NCBI GenBank assembly: GCA_951406725.2
Contig: OX597822.1
Span: forward strand, 65,844,001-65,908,000
Length of the DNA stretch: 64,000 bases
Direction of reading: 5' to 3'
Origin: Octopus vulgaris
Lineage: Eukaryota
Position 1 is the stretch's first letter. The number at the start of each line of letters is the position of its first letter. The notes beneath the pieces were generated by a model that saw nothing but the letters and a program-made list of their open reading frames with translations, ran no database searches and was not told the DNA's origin. Made by a program: the position numbers and the translations under genes. Shown piece by piece: positions 56,805 to 64,000 of the stretch.

Positions 56805-57410
56805 AAGTGCGTGAGGGGCGACTATTAAGGAGAATTCCGCGCCAATGTACCCTCGTAAAGTGCACTATTTCGCTACCTGGTCTAAGTTTAAAACTAAAAC
56901 TCCTGTAACATGGATTAAAGAAAGGATTAACGCCTAATTCTCTAAATGCAATGGTCAAAATGTCAGAGTAAGTTAATCTTTTGCCGAAGCACTACTTTAG
57001 TTAAAATGCATTCCACAGATAACTATTATACTTAGTACTTTCGTTTTTATTTCTAGCACATACTATTTTTAATATTGACTGAAATACTCATTTTGGCAAT
57101 AAATCCATGCTGTTTTGGATAGTAAAGGATTTTGTCCTTAATATGTTTAACTTTAATGCATTATACGAATGTATTATATTAAATTTAGCTTGATCTAAGA
57201 TACAAAATGTATTTCTTATTCGCTTGGAGACACTGTAAAACAATATGGTGGGTGTGAAAGGTGTAAGAGTATATTGGCTTTAGTCTCCGTGTATATTGAG
57301 ATTACGCAGCAAAAATAAAAGATGACTTTTTAAAAATTCTACCAACGGATCAGTAATTATTGATGCCTGGCTGTGTTCGATACGATTGTATAATCAATAA
57401 AACGTTAAGA

Positions 57411-57499
<89 letters not shown>

Positions 57500-57501
<2 letters not shown>

Positions 57502-57622
57502 TGAGATGGCAGATTTGTTAGCACGCCGGAGAAAAATACTTAGCGGTATTTCGTTTGTTTTTACGCACTTGGTTCAAATTCCACCGCTCATCTCTTTTCG
57601 AGATCGATAAAATAAGTACCAT
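57500..57622 (+). mobile_element. SINE family B, degenerate
   Basis: gttagcacgccgg..cttagcggtatttcg..ggttcaaattcc..gataaaataagtacc. Confidence 0.7.
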
Positions 57623-58044
57623 GAATATATGAAATAGAGGATATACTCTGACAATAACATTGAGCTTGCAAATTAGTTAACATCTCGGAAAAAATACACA
57701 TTTTTTCTGGCGCAGGACGTTTGGATTTCAAATCCCGCCGAATCAACGTTGCTTTTATTATTATGAAATACTATATGAAAAAAAAAAAAACAGTTGTAAA
57801 TTACTAGTCGTTCAATATCACTGACCTTGTGACAAAATTCGATACAATTAATAGACAAGCGTATTAACTAACTTTATAAATTTAAGCCGAGGAGTGACAA
57901 TGTGGTAAGAAGCTTCCTTACCAATCACTTGGTTCCGAGTTCAGTCCCACTGCGAGGTATCTTGGGAAAGTCTCTTCTAGTATAGCTTCGAGCCGACCAA
58001 AGCCTTGTGAGTGGATTTGGTAGACGGAAACTGAAAGACGCCCG

Positions 58045-58081
<37 letters not shown>

Positions 58082-58087
58082 CTATTA

Positions 58088-58223
58088 AGGGTATCTAAAA
58101 GATACCACCATGCTAGATATACCAGCCAAAACTTGTCTCTAGAACCACATTAAACATTTAATGTAGTTCTAGAGTCAAGTTTTGGCTGCTATATCTAACA
58201 TGGTGGTATCTTTTAGATACTCT
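58088..58223. repeat. near-perfect hairpin (about 67-bp arms)
   Basis: agggtatctaaaagatacc..cattaaa-ca-tttaatg..ggtatcttttagatactct. Confidence 0.9.
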
Positions 58224-58243
58224 AAATTATAACATTAGAACAC

Positions 58244-58294
<51 letters not shown>

Positions 58295-58297
58295 TAT

Positions 58298-58452
58298 TAA
58301 CATCGAAAAATACCTTAGGAATGAGAACTCAGGTTCGAAATTTCCCCCAAGACATCTGACGAAGGCTGGAGGATGTATCAGCCGAAATGTTGTGCTAACA
58401 ACAAACCAGATGAGGACAAATATCCATAAAATGTAAATAATGTAAATAATGT
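58298..58452 (+). mobile_element. short PLE-pLTR-like element with hammerhead motif (58351-58396)
   Basis: gacat-CTGACGA-a-ggctg..cagcc-GAAATGTT-gtgct; homolog of 8425-8560. Confidence 0.7.
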
Positions 58453-58990
58453 ATAAAAAAAGCAGTTCAAGGCTCTGCCCTAGCTTGGCCGCAGTCTAAT
58501 GACTGAAACAGGTAAAGAATAAACGATACCACATACGACATCTCAATCAAGCTATATGTAAGTATCTACAAGGTTACGCAGTTCACACTCGAATGTCTGT
58601 AGAGCGAAATTGGCGTGTGCTAAACTGGCTGACTGTATTCATTTCTTTATGAAACTGATTACATTTTTCAATTCTGTTCCTCTTTGACAATATCTATATA
58701 TACAAATGAAGATCTTTTGATGTTTCTTGTGGGCACTTTGATATTATCTACTTTAGATGAACATCTAAACTTGCCTGATAAATTGTTCCTAATTGATATC
58801 AAGTTCATTCAGTTTTGAGTCACAATGAATCATACGGAGACTATTTTATCACCTCTGTTTGCCGCAGCTTTAATTTGTAAAATAAATTAAAATATTTGTG
58901 AAATAAATTAAAAGCGGCGAGCTGGCAGAAACGTTAGCGCCCCGGGCGAAATGCTTAGTAGAGTTTCGCTTGTGTTTCCATTTTAATATA

Positions 58991-59392
58991 GGCGTAGGAG
59001 TGGCTGTGTGGTAAGTAACTTGCTTACGAACCACATGGTTCCGGGTTCATTCCCACTGTGTGGCATCTTGGACAAGTGTCTTCTACTATAACCCTGAACA
59101 AAGCCTTGTGAGTGGATTTGGTAGACGGAAACTGAAAGAAACCTGTCGTATATATGTATATATATATATGTATATGTATATGTTTGTGTGTCTGTGTTTG
59201 TTCCCCCAACATCGCTTGACAACCGATGCTGGTGTGTTTACGTCGCCGTAACCTGGCGGTTCGGCGAAAGAGACCGATAGAATAAGTACTAAGCTTACAA
59301 AGAATAAGTCCTGGGGCCGATTTTTTCGACTAAAGGCGGTGCTCCAACATGGCCACAGTCAAATGACTGAAACAACTAAAAGAGTAAAAGAG
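58991..59392 (+). mobile_element. SINE family A, full length (preceded by a family B head at 58912-58975)
   Basis: Homologous to the other family A copies. Confidence 0.9.
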
Positions 59393-59642
59393 AACTAACC
59401 CCGTAAATGCAAAACAATGAATAACTGGTCTCATTCAACGGAGCTGACAGACTTAGATATGTAACGTAACGTAGGTATTGAGTTCTATGCAAACCAAAGA
59501 CGATGGCATAACGTCCTATAAATTCCTACATGCTATGTCTTTTTTCTAAATGATGTTCATGCCGGGAATATTTTTGGCCACAGGAGTGATGAAATAGGTC
59601 TGGTATAGATCTAACCAAGAATATGGAAAACTCATTCATTTT

Positions 59643-59688
<46 letters not shown>

Positions 59689-59689
59689 T

Positions 59690-59914
59690 ATTTTTTTTTT
59701 AGTTTCAGCTCAGAGCTGCGGCCATGCTGATGCACCGCCGTTTTGTGCTACACTGTCATTGCGACGAACCTCGTCTAATATATGGCACTTGGTGAAGAAT
59801 GGAGTTTGATACAGCTACTCTCACTTGCACCTCTTGCCGTGAGGTAGGTTCATCTGGGACTCTTGACAGGAAGATGTCTAGCTTTGATTTAAAAACCGCT
59901 ACATCTACTTTGTG

Positions 59915-59917
<3 letters not shown>
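59690..59917 (-). mobile_element. CR1-like LINE 3' end (ORF2 C-terminus, stop, 3' UTR, A-rich tail)
   Basis: [24 protein letters not shown], then ggcggtgcatcagcatggccgcagctctgagctgaaact and an A-run. Confidence 0.8.
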
Positions 59918-60007
<90 letters not shown>

Positions 60008-60011
<4 letters not shown>

Positions 60012-60334
60012 CTTACTCGTTGGATCAGTGTCTTCCAGTCAGTTCTATCCTGGGCCGCTTCTTTCAGATTGGCTATGTCCATTCCGGTATCACTCTTGAT
60101 GTTGCCAACCCAGCGGGTTCTTGGTCGGCCTCTTCCTCTCTTGTTACTGACTATTCCGAGCATGATGTTCTTCTCCAGGGATTTTCTCCGCATGACATGA
60201 CCGAAATATGCCAATCTATGCTTGGTGATCCTAGCTTCTAGAGACATTTTCGGCCTGATCTGCTTAAGAACTTCTCCATTGATGAGCCTCGCTCTCCATG
60301 GAATCCGTAGAAGTCTTCTCCAACACCAAAGCTC
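60008..60334 (-). mobile_element. RTE (BovB-like) LINE ORF C-terminal fragment
   Basis: [59 protein letters not shown]. Confidence 0.9.
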
Positions 60335-60783
60335 TACAATGGAAAATTAGCCTGTGAGAGATCTTGTCACATATACCTAAAAATGTTTCCTTAAATCAAG
60401 CCAATTGTCAAAGAAACACACACAAACATGCACACTTACATAAGTACAGAAGGACACATACAAGCAAACACAAACTCGCGCACATGCACATATATAGAAG
60501 TACGAATACAATCACGCAAATGTAATCACATTCAAACGCACAAATAAGCATACATATATATGCACACGCATACACACACATCGACCTACGTGCGCAGAAT
60601 GTCGTAATGGATGTTGTAATTCAATATAGAGTTTTATAAACATAGGTGAAGGAACAGCAGGTTTGAAGTGACAACAATAACATCAACATCAACATCAAAT
60701 ACCTCGTGCCAATGCAGGAAACAGTACGTGGTCACTGGTCCCGCAAGATACCTCACTAGATTTCACCCATAATAATTTCACCA

Positions 60784-61020
60784 TGATAAAGTTAATAGCT
60801 CCAAGAATTGATAAGATACCTGCTAGATGGAGTGAGAAAATAGCTAGGTCAACAGAAGTCCTATATGGGCTAAATTTCTTGAAAGAGGTGTAGGTACTGG
60901 ATGAACCGTTTATCCACCTCTTGCAAGAAATTTAGCCCATATAGGACCTGTTGACTTAGCTATTTTCTCACTCCATCTAGCAGGTATCTCAATCAATTCT
61001 TTGAGCTATTAACTTTATCA
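60784..61020. repeat. inverted repeat, about 106-bp arms with a 24-nt spacer
   Basis: 60784-60890 is the reverse complement of 60915-61020 with few mismatches. Confidence 0.92.
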
Positions 61021-61512
61021 CAACTATTATTAATATACGATGAGAAGGAATATTAATAGAACACCTCCCTCTATTTGTATGATCTGTCTTTATTACTGCA
61101 ATTTTACTATTACTATCATTACCAGTTCTCGCTGGAGCAATTACTATACTTTTAACCGATCGAAATTTTAATACTACAATTTTTTATCCAAGAGGAGGAG
61201 GAGATCCAATTTTATATCAACATTTATTTTGATTTTTTGGACACCCAGAAGTATATACTTTAATTTTACCAGGATTTGGTATAATTTAGAAATACGAAGA
61301 CACATATCAATGTTGTAGTAATAAATATATAGTCTAGAAAGAATGAGGGACCATCAGGATTGGTATGAATTCGATCACCTGTCTGTTAGATTAGAGCAGT
61401 CCTTCCTGAGCTCTAAGGTGAAACAATAAAGAGACTAAGCGCGGCACCACTAATGTGAAATATATGCCACTTGTAATATTGTCCTGTAAACCAAGGAAAT
61501 TAGACTGGCTGA

Positions 61513-61869
61513 CTACTACTACTGCTGCTGCTGTTTAAGCTACTACTACTACTACTACTACTGCTGCTACTGCTGCTACTGCTGCTGCTGCTGCCACTGC
61601 TGCTGCTGCTGATACTACTATTACTACTTCTACTGCTGTTGCTGCTGCTTCTACTGTTGCTGGTGTTGGAGGTACTACTACTACTACTACTACTACCGAC
61701 AATACTGATGCTGCTGCTACAACTACTACAACTATCACTAATACTACTGCTGCTATTACTACTACTCTTACTACTATCGCTGCTACTGCTGCTACTGCAC
61801 TACTGCCGAGAGCTGCTGCTGCTACAGCTACTACTACCACCACTACCAATACTGCTACTGCTGCTACTA

Positions 61870-61908
<39 letters not shown>

Positions 61909-61957
61909 TTACTATTGCTGCTACTGCTACTACTGCCGCAACTCCAGCAACGATAAA

Positions 61958-62029
<72 letters not shown>

Positions 62030-62050
62030 CGCCTGCCGCCGCCGTCGCCG
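61513..62050. repeat. (CTA/CTG)n degenerate triplet array
   Basis: Directly visible. Confidence 0.95.
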
Positions 62051-62299
62051 TCACTATCACCACCAGCTTGATTTCAGGTTTACAATGAATTATATCTACA
62101 AGATAGTCCTGCGCGCCAGAGCATCCTATGTTAATGTGCTTGTGAAACATTTCCATTGTACATAATCGATATTGTTTGTTTTGCAAGGGTATCATTTCCC
62201 ATCACGATCATCGTCACAATCTTGATTACGATCAGCTCGATCGTTATCGCCATCAGCAACAGCAACATTGATAAAAAGCCAAGTCAATAGCTTCGTCTT

Positions 62300-62591
62300 C
62301 GTCGACATCGTCGTCATCATTATCATCATCATCATCATCATCATCATCGTCATCATCACCATCATCACCACCATCCTCCTCCTCCTCATCATCATCATCA
62401 TTGTCATCGTCGTCATCTGCATCATCATCATCATCATCCGCACCATCACCATCATCATTATTGTCATCTTCATCATCATCATGATCACCATCATCATCGT
62501 CGTTGTCGTCATCATCAACATCATTATCATTATCATCATCATCACTATCATCATCATCGTCGTCATCATCACCATCGTCGTCGTCATCATC

Positions 62592-62623
<32 letters not shown>

Positions 62624-62945
62624 GTCATCATCACCATCATCACCACCATCCTCCTCCTCCTCATCATCATCATCATTGTCATCGTCGTCATCTGCATCAT
62701 CATCATCATCTTCATCATCCGCACCATCACCATCATCATTATCGTCATCTCCATCATCATTATGATCACCATCATCATCGTCGTCGTCGTCATCATCAAC
62801 ATCATTATCATTATCATCATCGTCATCATCATCATCACTATCATCATCATCGTCGTCATCATCATCATCGTCGTCGTCATCATCATCCTCATCATCATCA
62901 TCATATCATCATCATCATCATCATCATGGTCATCATCATCATCGA
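62300..62945. repeat. (CAT)n-based array with an internal duplication of about 275 bp
   Basis: Landmarks cctcctcctcc, atctgcatc, ccgcacc and atgatcacc each occur twice in the same order. Confidence 0.9.
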
Positions 62946-64000
62946 TTTTAATCTGTACTACGGTCATCATTATTCCATTTTCGTCCTTCACATTAATTTT
63001 CTTCTCTCCCGATCGTCACTTAAATCCACCTCATCTCCCTCGTCCTCTTCCTCCCCCTCCCCCTCCAACTCCCTCCTTCCTCCCTCTTTCTTTTCCTCCT
63101 CCCCGTCATCGTTTCCCATACCATTGTCATCATTCTGCTTCTTCAAGATCACCATCATTATAACGATTGTTATCAACGCAATCATCATTGTCATCATAAT
63201 CACCGAGGTATATGCAACACAATGTGTAATTTGTCACCGAGTACAAAGCTCCGCGCGACAGAGCCAAAACCGAAGTGGGGCCCACATTCATTATCCATCT
63301 GTCCAAACACTACGTTGTAATCGTGTCCCCTTCCTGTCCCTAGACCCATCTATATTCTTTTCATTCACTCATTCATTCGTTCATATTTGTATTTATTTAT
63401 TTCTTCAGGATTTGGATGTTTGCTCTCTTTTCAACTTGTTCTCTATTTCTCTGTATCTCATTCTTTATTTGCCCTTATCTCCGACATCCTATCTGAAATT
63501 TAAAAGCTAGCCAGCTGCATCATTGGCTCCATTCGTTCTGCAACGAAAGAAGATACGAGTCAAATTAGTTTGGTCAGCGCAGTTAGGCCGTTTATGATAA
63601 TATAGCTCCTGAAATTTCAATCATTGTTGAGATAGGGTAAATGAGAAATAATAGTTCTTTAATTTGTTGTATTTTATGTCTTTGTTTTACAGCCATTGGA
63701 CTGCGTCCTCAAATGGTGCAGTTGTACAAAGCGACCCAGTGCTTATTTTTAATATCTTCAACTTTTTTCTATCGGTCCATTATTGTTGAACCCCGACGTT
63801 ACAGGACCACGCACAAACGCAAAATCACACACATATATATGCATGCCGACATACGTGTAAATGTACATACATACACTTATACATACACATACAAGCACTT
63901 ATATATAGGGAGATAGATGGATAGATACCTTATTTTCACGCGTATAAGAAACCTCCTAATTTAGCGGGGTTTAAAATTGGGAAAAAAGTTTTGTAAGGGA

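Larger units (their letters stand above)
57886..58525 (+). mobile_element. SINE family A split by a hairpin, (AAT)n and a hammerhead element
   Basis: 5' half at 57886-58047; tail at 58470-58525. Confidence 0.7.

Noticed and set aside
59756-60247. 163-aa ORF as a single protein
   Set aside because: Chance in-frame join of RTE and CR1-like fragments across (TA)n.

Overview
AT-rich, microsatellite-saturated eukaryotic intronic/intergenic DNA. The SINE families look like those of octopus (cephalopod); this is recognition, not a database result. I can support no host protein-coding gene: nearly all tracked ORFs are (TA)n/(CA)n/triplet read-throughs or transposon relics. The window holds three tRNA-derived SINE families, several Penelope-like (PLE; RT + GIY-YIG) relics, CR1-like and RTE LINE 3' fragments, Tc1 and mariner relics, and Helitron-type non-autonomous elements. 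Most notable: (1) about nine type-I minimal hammerhead-ribozyme-like motifs from at least six sequence families, one near-canonical (51510-51590); (2) a full-length 5S rRNA copy fused to the 3' tail of the dominant SINE, i.e. a SINE3-like chimera (54578-54780); (3) a CR1-like LINE 3' end sharing that tail, with compensatory changes in its hairpin; (4) many fold-back inverted repeats from about 90 bp to 1.3 kb, several embedded in (TA)n. All alignments and folds were done by eye, so edges of degenerate elements are approximate.
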